A stretch of DNA of 62,945 nt, filler included, from Reticulomyxa filosa (GCA_000512085.1; 19 parts of 19 records of this genome joined end to end with filler, not necessarily neighbours in it), one strand, 5' to 3'. Positions 39,594 through 52,321 are shown, counted from the whole stretch's first letter. Program-made: numbers and translations. The notes: generated by a model not told the origin, from the sequence alone.

Positions 39594-40115
39594 TCAAAAT
39601 AACATTTTTACGCGGTTTTCAACGTTTGCAGTATTGCAAAGTCCTGTCAAACGATAGTGAAGTAGTTTGTCCCCACAACATAAAGTTGGTAAACTTACCA
39701 AAGGCGACGAATCCTCTCGGAAAAAAACTTCTTCCATTAATATACTGTCCATTTGACGATCCAGCATACCGCATATGTGAAAGACACCATCCCAATTTTT
39801 CCATTCAACATTTTTTTCCATTTCATAGCGAGCATAGGTAGAACTTTCTGGTAAACGATCCGAGCACGCAACGAGCACACCATTTTTGTAAAATGCAATT
39901 TCCAGTGTATTTCTCGTTTTGTTATTTTTAACATGGATGGAGACCCAGTCACCTCTCTGGTAAAAAGGGACTTGTTGATTGAAACGAGTACCACAAACGA
40001 TATGACCTTGATTATCGTTAGGACCAAATGGTGGCTGTGAGAAAGTCCCAAACGTAGTCAAGAGATCAGGACACTTTGAATTAAGTCCAATGGAATTTGA
40101 GTCTTTCCGAAGGTA
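39594..40115 (-). CDS. SPRY/B30.2-like C-terminal domain, terminal exon
   Basis: YQRGDWVSIHV...LEIAFYKNG resembles the SPRY GD.VG...F.KNG pattern. Confidence 0.45.
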   Translation of the reverse strand, partial: YLRKDSNSIGLNSKCPDLLTTFGTFSQPPFGPNDNQGHIVCGTRFNQQVPFYQRGDWVSIHVKNNKTRNTLEIAFYKNGVLVACSDRLPESSTYARYEMEKNVEWKNWDGVFHICGMLDRQMDSILMEEVFFREDSSPLVSLPTLCCGDKLLHYRLTGLCNTANVENRVKMLF

Positions 40116-40229
40116 TAAAAAAAAAAAAANNNNNNNNNNNNNNNNNNNNNNNNNNNNNNNNNNNNNNNNNNNNTTAATTAATTAANNNNNNNNNNNNNNN
40201 NNNNNNNNNNNNNNNNNNNNNNNNNNNNN

Positions 40230-40269
<40 letters not shown>

Positions 40270-42811
40270 CGGGATCATTTGAAGGATGCATTGAGATGTC
40301 AGCGAAAAACGGATACCAATGGAATGACGTGAGTTGCCAGAAAATGAGACAATTTATATGTTCGGAGTCGATGCTCCCGTTCGTCGGCCATGACGTGATT
40401 GACCGCAGTAAAGTGGACGAGAATTCAAGAGTGGCGCACATTGACACGTCCTCGACATTTTCAACGCACGGACTTGTGAGCGGATGGAAGATATTCACTT
40501 CGCAGACCGGAGTCATAATGTTGCAAGTATGGAGGCCCTACGAATCTTTGCAACAATACGTATTGATTGGAGCCAATGAAATTGCAGTACCTTCTGCAGG
40601 CATGTATTACGTGGACATCGATCCGGAGCAACGATTCCCATTTCAACGCGGGGATATGTTGGGTTGGTGGCACAGTTCCAATGACATCTTGGATTACGAT
40701 ACGGATACGACCAATTCGTCTCTTGTCTTGACGTATACGTTGAATGCCACCGAAACATATCCCGTCTATGCACCCTTTTCCAGATTGACTCAAAGTTATC
40801 GAGTGTATTCCCTCGCTGCCTATTTTTGGAACGAGACCAATTTGTTGCTCGACATCGAACTGAGCGACGGCAGTTACGACTTTATCGACTCTTCCGGAAA
40901 TGGCATCCATGTGTCGCCACAGTACAAAAAAGGCTATTCCACCGTCGGAAACTATCCACCCTTGGTCGATGAACATGGACTGTCTATCCTTTTCGGATCC
41001 TCTCAAGTGTTAGGTGCAGACATCGAAATCAACCTCAATCAGGGCTCTATCGCCACGTGGATCAAAATACAATCCAGCAAAACCCCGTATAACACAAGTA
41101 CTTTGAGTATCGAACAAACTCAGAGCCAGCGAGGACTTTTTGCATGGCTGATCGATCCCAAGGGTAATCCGAGTCCTGCTCTGTACATTTCCCAAGAGTT
41201 TTGTCTAAAAGAGAAGAAGAGGAATAGATATGTGTATATATGCAAGGAGGGGGGGGAGCATTATCCAAAAAAAAAAAAAAGTACTTTGAATTGTACGTAC
41301 TCGATTTATATACGTATTGAACTTATAATATGGTGTTTTAAAAAAAAAAAAAAAAAATTGTTTTAGAAAGAGAAAAAAAGTGCAAGGAGAAATAAAACAA
41401 AAACAAAAACAAAAACAAAAACAAAACAAAAGCAATTACTTACGATCTTCACCAGTGTTTGGAGGAAAAGGACAAGGATACGCATTGTCGCAATCGGCGG
41501 TAAAGTATAACGAGTGGCACCACGTGATATTTTCATGGAACAATGTGACAAAGCAACAGCGCATGTACGTAGACGGCGTGCTGGTGTCAATGGACGCATA
41601 TAATGGGATAACGGATCACAACTACCGCGTCAGCAAAGGCATGTGGATTGGCAATTACATCGACTCTTCCGACTCGTTGTATTACGCGTTAGGAGGGAAA
41701 GTTAAGCAGGTACGTGTATACGATCGAGTGCTCTCTCCAGAAATGGTAACGGGCGTTAGTAGAGCACCAGGATACGTATACTCTGGCTGTTTTCGGAGTA
41801 ATGGGACCGCGTTATGGACGGGAGAGACCTATCAAAGTTCGGCATTGACACCGGAGCAATGTTATGGAATTTGTCTGTCGTTTTCGTCTTTGTATTTCGC
41901 ATTGACAGGAGGGAATACGTGTCAGTGTAGTGCTCCTATCACGGAGTCGTCCATACCTGTTAGTTCATCCACGAGCAAGAATTGCTCTGAAAAGTGTTAT
42001 GGCAGCTCGGATTTTACATGCGGAGGGGAGAGTGACAGCAATGTGTATAGCGTGTATCAGATCAATGCGTTATGCCATACGTACTATTGGCGGGACTTTA
42101 TTGTGAATGCCACCCAACATAATGCGATCAACGTTGCCAGCAATAATAAAAGTGCACCTTTGCATTTGGTTGGCAATGCTACGTATGCTGTCATTTCCGG
42201 CCAGGTGGACTTGTCGAATGTCTTTGGGCAGTATACGTTATATGATATAACGTTCACCATTGACACCGGCACGTGGTCCCAAAAGTACCATTATCCCAGT
42301 GGAGAGTCCATCAACATGTACGTGAATGCCGAACTCATTGGCGAGTATACCAATGTCAATCCCAGCCAAAGGTACAGCATGAAAGTGGTCGCGAATTTTC
42401 CATGGACCTTTCAGTTCGTGTTTCGCACGAACACGAACAACTCCAACATGCCCGCCCAGTCCTGGGTAGATAGCGTTCGTCTTTCGTTGCAAGGCTCGTT
42501 TTGCGTGGCCGTCCCAGAACCATTCGCCACTTGTGTGGATGAAGACCCGTATCTGTGTCTGGATCTCCTCGACAATCACACCTTGTGCTTGGAAACCACA
42601 TACTACTTATCCTGCAAACAGAGCTGCAATTTGTGCACGCAAGACCCGATTTTCGTCGCCGTCCAAAGTGGTACTTTCGGTTGGCAGCAATTCAGAGATT
42701 ATTGTGGCAACTTAACTGGGACTTTGGCAAGTATCCTTAATTACAGGTTGTCATATTCATTCGGAAAAAAAAAAAAAAAATTATATAAATATATATATAT
42801 ATATATATATA
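40230..42811 (+). CDS. Extracellular multidomain protein: C-type lectin - unknown beta domain - LamG - WSC - ShKT - C-type lectin; partial at both ends
   Basis: CTL end CIEM...WNDVSC...FICS; LamG WHHVIFSW...MYVDG...VRVYDRVLS; WSC YSGCF...CYGIC...CQCS...CGG; ShKT CVD...CKQSCNLC; CTL start WQQFRDYC...GTLASI. Confidence 0.8.
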
Positions 42812-42911
42812 NNNNNNNNNNNNNNNNNNNNNNNNNNNNNNNNNNNNNNNNNNNNTTAATTAATTAANNNNNNNNNNNNNNNNNNNNNNNNNNNNNNNNN
42901 NNNNNNNNNNN

Positions 42912-43890
42912 TAAGATTGGATATGTTCCAAGATTATGGAAACGAGCGAATATTGCTCCAATTCCAAAATCAGATCGAGGTCATAGCATCTGCAAGAATT
43001 ACGGGCCAATTTCATTGCTATCTGGAGTTGGAAAGCTATTGGAAAAAATTATTACAATGAGATTGATGTGGTATTTAAATGAAAAAAGTTATTTCAATCT
43101 TGGCACAAACATCCGAACTATTACTGAGATTAATAGAATCCATTTATTTATCCTTTGATAATAATGTAGTATCATATGCTGTATTATTGAACATATCATC
43201 AGCATGTAGGAAGAGGACTGAGATATGAATTCGGATTAAAGGAAGAATGTATTGGTGGTTGGATAGCTTCCTCAAAGATCGAATTGGACAAGTAGTATTG
43301 AATGGAATCAATTCCAGTTAAAGAAATTTTGAAGTTAGGTACCTATACTATTCATATAACACATCAATGATTTGGCAAAAACAGTTGAAGATCCAATTCA
43401 ATGTGGACTGTTTGCAGATGATCACATCCAAGATGAAGACAAAAAAATACCCAAAGATGAATCTTCATTTAAGCAATATTTCGATCATGTGAAATATTTG
43501 GGATTGATTGTGGATCAACAAATGACTTTCCAGCAACAAATCAACTATGTTTACGGCAAAGCAGAAAAGAAACTTGGATTTAATTTTCCTATGTTCTATA
43601 AATAAAGGAATCCGACCAATTATGAAACTATCACTGGAATATGCCTGTGCATTCTGGAATGGAGCTGCAGAATCACACAAGAAAAGATTGGAAAGTATTC
43701 AAAGAATCACATGGGCAAAATCCTTGGTTAGTTAGTCAATGACGCAGGTGGATATTTTTTTTTGTCACGAAGTTTCTCATTCCAGTAAATCACCTTTCGA
43801 GAAATGGAAAGAGCCAACATCTGAAGAAATCGCAAATTGCAGACCAGGAGAATTGGTCATCCAAGATCCATCTCAGTCGCAATGGATCTT
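42912..43890 (+). mobile_element. Decayed non-LTR retrotransposon (LINE) reverse transcriptase with RNase H remnant
   Basis: WKRANIAPIPK...NYGPISLLSGVGKLLEKI, INDL...LFADD, VKYLGLIVDQQMTF and LEYACAFW; multiple frameshifts and deletions. Confidence 0.9.
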
Positions 43891-44149
43891 TTTTTTTTTT
43901 AATATTGAAATTCCAAAACGAAAAGAAAAGGGGAAAAAGCATTGTAACCAAGCATCTCACTCACACGGAACACAGTACTAAGATTATAATACCTTACAAA
44001 GTAATCAATAAATACATAGTTATGCACTCTTACTTACCAACTAAAGAGACAACACAATCAAAGTAAAAAAAGGTTAAAATAACAAAGAAGTATAATGAAA
44101 AAATGAATATAAAACAATAAACAAAGACATTTTAATATTTCTTTCAAAA

Positions 44150-44881
44150 ATTGTGGAATACCAACGTGGATTTTATTCCAACTGGTTGGTATCTCAGGGC
44201 CTCCAAATTCCTTAAGAAACTTGGTAGCCCACAAAATACGAAAGGAAAAACAACGTGAAAGGCTGCCTTCACAAAAACTTTAAAACATTTTTAAAAAAAT
44301 TGTAAATAATTCTTCCAGTTGCCACGATGAACTTCACAAGTTCTTTGACAATTTTTGTTCTGTTTCGGGTTCCCATGTCTTGTCTACAATCACCAAACTT
44401 CTCAGGTTTGATGTGGTCTTCTAAACAATTCAGGTTGGTTGAACTCTGTTTCGAATCTTGTGCTCTTTGCCACTGCATCTGGTCGTTCGTTTCCAGAAAT
44501 TCCAGAATGTCCTTTAATCCAATAGATTTCAGGAACATCGGTTCTCCAATCACTAATTGTTGACATCCAGCAACAGGACAATGGGATCTGTAATGATTAC
44601 CAACGTATTCCAATGCAAGTTTCATTGCCTCAATGACTATACTTGGATATTCCAATTCTAACCATTTTGGCATACTTAAATCTTGAATTACAAGTCCTGC
44701 ACCTCCAATACCAGGATTGGATATGTGATCCAATCACAAAATATCACAATACAATCATTGTCCAACGATACCAGAATCTGATCTGGAGTTTGTTCAATGA
44801 AGATTGCAAAAGGTGATTTGTTTAAATGTGGCATCATTGCAATTTGCATTGGTGGAACATTTGGAATTGTATGAGAATCTG
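44150..44881 (-). mobile_element. Second decayed LINE copy (RNase H region and 3' end) in opposite orientation
   Basis: NPGIGGAGLVIQD parallels GELVIQDP of the plus-strand copy; both carry a KSPF...E.T...I segment. Confidence 0.65.
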
Positions 44882-44981
44882 NNNNNNNNNNNNNNNNNNN
44901 NNNNNNNNNNNNNNNNNNNNNNNNNTTAATTAATTAANNNNNNNNNNNNNNNNNNNNNNNNNNNNNNNNNNNNNNNNNNNN

Positions 44982-45831
44982 AGAACAAATAGTATATCCA
45001 TTACCACCAATTATACTAATATTATCTTTTATATTACTTTGTAATGGTGAAATATTAATACAACTAACACCTCCTTTATGTCCACTAAAAATATTTAATG
45101 ATTTATATGTTTCAATATCCCATAAACGAATAGTCCAATCACCAGATCCAGAACATAAATATCTACCATTATTAAATGATGAAAATTCAATACCATAAAT
45201 ATAATCTTTATGTTCATTTAATAATTTTAATTGTTTATTATGTTTAAAATCCCAAAAACGAATAGTATTATCATGTGATGAAGAACAAATTACATTACGA
45301 CGATGATATGGTGAAAATTTTACACAATATACAGCATCTGAATGTCCATTAAATGATTGAATTTGTTCATTTGTTTCTATATTCCATACACGAACTGTAT
45401 TATCTTCTGATCCAGAACAAATAAATTGTTCATCATTATATGTTAAATAATCAATACTCCATACATCATCAGTATGTCCAATAAATGTATTAAGTAATTT
45501 AGATGATAAAGTAAATGGATCAAATATAAATACAGATATTGCCTATATTTAAATTATGATTAATGTAAATAAATATTTGAATGAAAATTAAAAAAAAAAA
45601 CATAACATAATCAGCAACAAGTTTGTTAAAATCACTAATCCATCTAAATTGAATATGTAATATTCGAATCCAATATTTGATAATGACTTGAATCTCTTCT
45701 TCTTCTTCTTCTAACTAATTCAGTCACAAACACAAGGGAAAATAAAAAGTTATTTTCTGAAAGAGTGAAAAGTAGAGGTTTACCAAGGTCAATTGTGTTG
45801 AAGTTTGCTTTTCGTTATTAGCAGTAGTCAT
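44982..45831 (-). CDS. WD40 repeat protein, paralogue of 17554-19216; exons 45831-45784, 45714-45607, 45542-44982; 3'-partial (absent from the ORF track)
   Basis: MTTANNEKQ.../LEEEEEEIQVIIKYWIRIL.../AISVFIFDPFTLSSKLLNTFIGHTDDVWSIDY...ICSGSEDNTVRVWN; open to the gap. Confidence 0.9.
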
Positions 45832-47075
45832 TCTTTTGCTTTTCTCTTGAGATGAAAAATTAGTTGAACTTTTTTCTAGCAAGTAATTTCAAAATGAAAA
45901 ACTCAAATAATTTTTATAATTTTTTTTTAGAGTAAAGGATAAACATGGTCCTATTTTCTGTAATTGTAAATTCCTTGATGATATACATATACGTATATAA
46001 CAAGTAGCAAGCGGATCTCATGCATTTATCTTCTTTTTTTTTTTAAAAAATTTGATACAAAAATCTAGTAAAAAAAAAAACAAGCTGAACAAAGTCAACA
46101 TATTAACACTTCAACTCCCTTTCAACATTTAAAGGAATTGCCTACTCAATGTGTGTCACACAAAAATAGAATCTCTATTGTGGAGTTCAATTTATTAAAC
46201 ATACAAATTACCAACTTTATCATTGCTTTGTACAAGAAATGATAAAAATAAATAAGAAATAATGTTATTTTGTTATAATACAGGATTTTCAATGCTATAT
46301 TTTTATAATACAAGTGATAGATGTTCATTTGAAAGAGTAATTTATAATTCTGAAAATGGATTTATCATATCATCATCTTGTTTTTGTTTTTTCAAAAATC
46401 AAGGAGAGATATTAACTATCAAATGAATTTATTTCAAAATTTAAAAACTATCCAGATCATATTAGATTCCAACAAATGAAATTATTATTAAAATGGTTTA
46501 ATAATTGGTATGCAAAAATGGCAATTAACATATTTTACTATGGATTCATTTGACTAATATTTATGCATTTTTATTTAAATGTAAATTCTTTTTTTGCTGG
46601 ATCTAATAAATTAAATTTTGAAACAGTTGGATTATTTGTCGATACTGATTGTTCCATTTTTATTGCAACATTCCTAATTACTACTATTGTTGTATAATGT
46701 TTTCATAGACTTCAAATACTATTTACATAAATAATAAAATATTTCTACATTTTTAAAATAAATTTTTCCCACAATTACAAACATTTCCATTATTGTAAGA
46801 GAAGCAACATATTTTCAGATAGTAAAACGGTTACATCATTTGGACAAACATTCGCTACTAATAATAGTGGATCATTAAAAAAAATTGAATTTTTTCTGAT
46901 GAATGAAGAAATTACATTGTTTCCTGAATCGAAGGATATCAAACAACTTTTGAAATGCCATATTTAATCATCCAACAACAAAATACACAAAACAAAACAA
47001 AACTGTACAATTCAAAATAAAATTTTCTTTTTTGATTCTAAAATACGCTTTGACTCAAATAATCTATTTAAACAT

Positions 47076-47252
47076 CTACAATTTCTTCAGTGCAAGAATC
47101 ACATTTTGTGTCCTTTGATGATTTTTACCCAATTTTTGAATATAACTCGACAATGCTTCCATTTTGTTACCTTTTTTACAATTGATATATCCTAAAATAC
47201 CATATGTATTATCAACACTTGGATGATTAGAATCCAATTTCTTCAATTCCAA
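47076..47252 (-). CDS. C-terminus of a TPR (kinesin-light-chain type) repeat protein, possibly a pseudogene
   Basis: KKLDSNHPSVDNTYGILG...KLGKNHQRTQNV...LKKL-stop. Confidence 0.55.
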   Translation of the reverse strand: MELKKLDSNHPSVDNTYGILGYINCKKGNKMEALSSYIQKLGKNHQRTQNVILALKKL

Positions 47253-47925
47253 NNNNNNNNNNNNNNNNNNNNNNNNNNNNNNNNNNNNNNNNNNNNTTAA
47301 TTAATTAANNNNNNNNNNNNNNNNNNNNNNNNNNNNNNNNNNNNNNNNNNNNTTAATATTTTTTTTCGTCTTTTTTATATTTGGAATTTACGCGTTGCGA
47401 TTATCTTTATGTTTTAATTTTTTCAGCAATTTTTACTTTTTGATATATTCACTAAATTTATTATATGTTTTAATTTTTAATTTTTGGTTTTAAATTATAA
47501 GGAATATTTCCGCAAATGTGCCCATTTACCAAGCACGTACTCTTTTTCTCTCAATTTTCAATAATAAAATGAGATAACACCAAGTTAAATTTTTGTACTA
47601 GACGATTAATTGCACAAGTTTGAATTGTCTCACAAGATCATTGGATTGAAAAACAGAAAATTCCATATTTTTGTGCAAGCATAAGTTCATACTCTCGCAA
47701 AATTCTGTAAAATTGAATAAATTAAGCACTTACAACAATCACAAAAAGGATGTTGGACTTATTAAATTGATTGAAATCCTTGACAAAAAGTGTCCAAATA
47801 ATTTTTTTATATGATAGGATTGTTGATGATTTCTTTAAGCAAATACTATCAAAAAAGAAAAAAAAGATATACGATTGTTTTAAATGTGTAGGAATATGTA
47901 TCAACATTTAAGAAAGAAGAGTTTA

Positions 47926-50279
47926 TTATGTGTGATCTTTCAATTGAGCTATAATTTCATCAAGGCTGATCCTTTCCTCGCGTTTCGCCTTCCAGCACTT
48001 GGTAATTATCTATAATTATTTCAATCGTATATTTTTGCAAGGGACACTAAAAAAATGGGGAATGTGATTTGACTGAAAGAGATTGGTGATATCGTTCCTT
48101 TGTGAGGAAAAAAAAAAAAAGTGTGAGGAAACTAACATTTTGAAGAAACAAAGGACAAGAAGTAGGGATAACAGGGACATTTACAGCAATGACTTGCTTT
48201 TTAGTTTCCTCGGTGGTAAACTCCGCATAAGGAATTTTTTTACTGACCAATTGATGTAAGACAAATCCATAAGCCCAGATGTCACTAAACGGACTTAAGG
48301 GTGATCCTTCAGAAAAGTAACTTGGATCACACCAATACCCGTCAAAATCGATATCAGACATCATGACTTGCATGGTGTGTTTCAAGCTTATCAACCCAAA
48401 ATCAGTAAGTTTGACATTCATAGAATCGTCAAATAAGATATTTTTGGACTTGACAAATCCATGACAAGTGTGTAATTGATTGTGAATGAACTTTAAGACT
48501 TCGGCCAGTTGGAGAGCGACCCGACAAACGACTTTGAGAGAAAAGGCGATTTGTTTCGGAGAGGCCACGATTATGTCATACAAGCTCCCTTTGCTGTACC
48601 ATTTGGTTAGGATTTCGACGCTGCAATTATTGGTCACGCACACGACGCGCGCGGCATATAAGCTGGCCAAATACTCGTGTTTCACGTGATATCTTGCAAT
48701 TATATCATTGACAGTTTGGTTTAGCAAAGTTTTCGGCACACTACTTTGGCAATGAAACAATTTGAGACAGACCTCACGATCGCCGCAAACGGCCCTGTGT
48801 GTTGAGTATTCAGGTATTTGCGCCAGCGTTTCTTTAATTTTCAATGTGGTCCAGTCTACTGACAGTTGTGTCGTGGGTTTTCTCGGTGGTCTTTTCCCTG
48901 ATTTGCAAAGGTTTGTACATACAAAGACGGCAAAATAAATATCATTAAAAAAAAAAATAAATATATGTATATATATATGTATATGCCTTTGTCAGTAAGT
49001 TTGTGTACGCGTGGATTGCTATTGACGATATCGCCAGCACTAATGATCTGTTCAATGTCCTCCTCATCCTCCTCTTTTCCGTGATCGCGTTTTTCATCTG
49101 GAGACAAGTGTCCTTGGATCTGGTCGTTGTCGTTATCATCGTAGTTGTTGTCGTCTCCATTGAGCGATGTAATAACGCGCTTGGAATTGAGCGAGGAAGC
49201 GGAGGAGGCGACCGCGCGTTTGGAATAGCGCAGCAAAGGGTCATTTGGCGAGATGGCCTGTGACGAGTCTCCGACAAAGAGGTTTCGCCAGTGATCAAAG
49301 GCGATGACCAGAAAGCCCAAGACATTCCAATCAGTGACGTACAGCACGGGCAGCATTTCGCAGCAAAAGGTGGTCAACACCACGGAGATTTGAAAAGCGA
49401 GCTTGTTGTCGTCCCAATTGCATAGCGTATTGTTGGCCCAGATGGACAGCATTGTGCCTTCCAACAGGTCGCCCAATGTCCAAAATGCGACCACTAAGTT
49501 CATTTGTTTGGCTTGTTGTTTCCACACTTCGTTCAAAAAGGGGAACCCGGCAAAGCGCACTATCAAAAAGATATATACACCAACGGCGCACGTCGGAATA
49601 AATAATTGCATTACCCACACACTTCGAAATAACGCCGACGCCAATTGATCCGAATCCGACCCCTTTTGCATACAGATCACAAATGTCACCACCAACGCTA
49701 CGAGCATAAATACGAATATCGTGAAATATAGTCTTCTCCAAATCTTGCTGTAATCCTCACGTGTCAATATAAACTGATCTCGACTAAATAGCGTGATTTC
49801 CATCCATATGCAGCACAATATCATGTACACCAACAAAAAAAAAAATGTTGGCAACAAAAATAATAGGTTCATCAAAATGTCCAACACGCTTTCGTCCATA
49901 CTTATGTTCGCTATATAAAACACAAAGTGCAGCGAAAATGTCAGCGCTCGGATTATCACGAATAGCAACACGCACAAACAGAATATTCGCAACGTGTTCC
50001 ATGATTGATGCATATGGGTCACTTTACGCAAATTTCGAATCACTAATACACACAATAGAATATAAAATATCTACATCCATACACACACACAAACATCCCA
50101 AAAAAAAAAAAAAAAAAACAAAAACAAAGCAGGAACGAAACCTGCTTCCATCTTCGGAACAACAAACAGAAAAAAAAACAGAGTGGAAAAATCATAGAGG
50201 ATTTGCTCACCGCCAAGAAAAGGGATGATAGTTCAAGATTTGCAAACAACGTTGCTGGATATACTTTCTTCTGTGACAT
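47926..50279 (-). CDS. 7TM (TOM1/THH1- or GPCR-like) membrane domain fused to a TKL-type pseudokinase; exons 50279-50211, 50070-48987, 48897-48137, 48009-47926
   Basis: About seven hydrophobic helices, then a kinase fold with VCLK, GSLYD, CHGFVKSKNIL, LTDFGL, SDIWAYG and KCW...R. In-phase splicing needs a GC-AG intron at 48898-48986. Confidence 0.75.
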
Positions 50280-50941
50280 CCTGCTTATATAATCTGTCGA
50301 CCAGATTTATTTTTACTTAAAGGATTTCCCCTTTCATTTTTAGACAACTGTTTGTACAAAAACGCAGTACCTCAATTCTGTATTTGTTGTAGACAGGCGC
50401 ATGAAGGCCAAAAGGATGAAACATAATGTGCTTCACAGACTTTGAAGACTATTTCTCGCCAAATAAGTTTTTTATTTTTTATGTGCCTTTAAATGTTTTA
50501 AAGAGTTACAGATAAAGATGAGTAGTCAAAGACTGTAAGATAAGCAACTGGCCATGATTTTGAATAAATACAGAAAAAATACTAACAATATTTAAAAGTT
50601 CCTTTTAGACATAAAAGGAAGCACACAAAAAACATGGCCAAATAGCCTGAAAAACATTATACCAAGAAAAACAAAAAAAAGAAGATAGTAATAATAGAAA
50701 GAAAATAAAACTGAACAAATCAATAGGGTAATGAAACAAACAAAGTCAAAGGTTGAAAATACTTCAATTGAAAGGTTTCAAACAAAGAATTTTTTTAACC
50801 AAAAAAAAAAAAAAATTAAGTACTTTAAAAGGGACTGATAAAAAAAAAAACAGTAACAATAGCAAAACGCAATCAATAAGAGAAAATAACTTTTATCGTG
50901 ATAAACGTAGCAATGGCCCCCCCTCTTGCATGGATTGCACT

Positions 50942-52278
50942 TTAATCAATGGTAAGCACAGGCCGATATAGATTGGCATTCGCAATATTTCGACTTTGTA
51001 CCACCCCTTGGCCTTGTAAATTTCCGTGACGGTTTGAAAAGGAGTGATTCATTTGTTCTCGTTCGGGCACTGTATTATGATGATTATGAATATTATTAAT
51101 TAAAATCCGTTCCCCCCCCCTCCCCCTTTTTTTTTTTCAGGGAAAAAAAAAACAAACTGTTGTTGGGACCGGGCTTTCTGAAAAATTCGGACGGCATGTG
51201 CGACCGCAAAGCAAAAGAAATGCGCAGTTCTCGTCCTTGGAAGTCAGTGGCATGGAAAAACATGAGCAGTTGACAGGCGATGTCAACATTGGGACACTTG
51301 ACAAAGGCCTGACATTGAGGCTTGGGTATGATTTCCACGATGCAAACAAAGTAGGCGCCACCGAAGAAATGGAAGAGAGCATCCTCGGTGCAATGTTCGG
51401 GCAGGTTGGAAACATGCAAAATTTGGGAGGGTTTGCCAATGGACAAAGGGTTGTATTTGAAGGCAGCGAGATCTTTGTCGTCGCCAGAGAGATTGTTACG
51501 AATCGGCGGCATGGTGGTACTCTTTCCTCCAAAGCGATGCTTCTTGCTATTGCTGTAATCTTTGGTCAGCAGTTTGGCATCTGGATACATGGTGTTGCTC
51601 GTGGGAGAGTCTCGAGGCATGTTCACTCGAGTCATTCGCGACAGCGATGCATGAAGGATTTTATCAAACACTTGGACTTGGTCCAGACATTGCACCACAA
51701 AAGAAGCCTGTCGACAAGTGGCCATTTGCACAAATGCAGTGTCCCTGCGATTGTAACTTATTTTTACACGAATTACATCGCCAAATACTCCGCACAATAT
51801 GAAAATACGATCGCAGTTCATCTTCTTGTCGTGCAAATTATTTATCATTACCACGGGTGTGTTTGGTATTCCCATCCCTCCTCCTCCTCCTCCTCCTCCG
51901 TTATTGTTAAAGACGTTGTGGTTCATTGTCATTATTGGCCCATTTCGCTGACTCTGAAGATTGATCACTCCGCCTTTGGCATGCAGATACCTCTGTCTCT
52001 GTGCATTCCATTCTTCGTATGCGACATTGCCCTCCACGTCTTCCATCTCCTTCGTCGACATGGCTTCCTCGTCCATTACCTGTAATGTTGATGTGCTCTT
52101 CGCATCACTGCTGTTGGACAGTAGTGCTTGTAACTGCGGCACTCGTGTGCCCATCGGTCCGTCGGGACTCTGTTTGTCGTCTTTGTCTGTCGACAATGGT
52201 TCGGCTGTTATATATATATTGTTATTGTTTGAATTATTCATGTTATTATTATTATTATTATTATTGTTATTATTATGA

Positions 52279-52321
<43 letters not shown>

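Noticed and set aside
42912-45831. RT next to a variable WD40 gene as a diversity-generating retroelement
   Set aside because: They are on different contigs, the RT is a decayed LINE type, and there is no template/variable repeat pair or adenine-specific variation.
46330-46960. Possible degraded coding remnants (also 14900-15110, 60310-60560 and 62654-62893)
   Set aside because: Too fragmentary to assign a frame or family.
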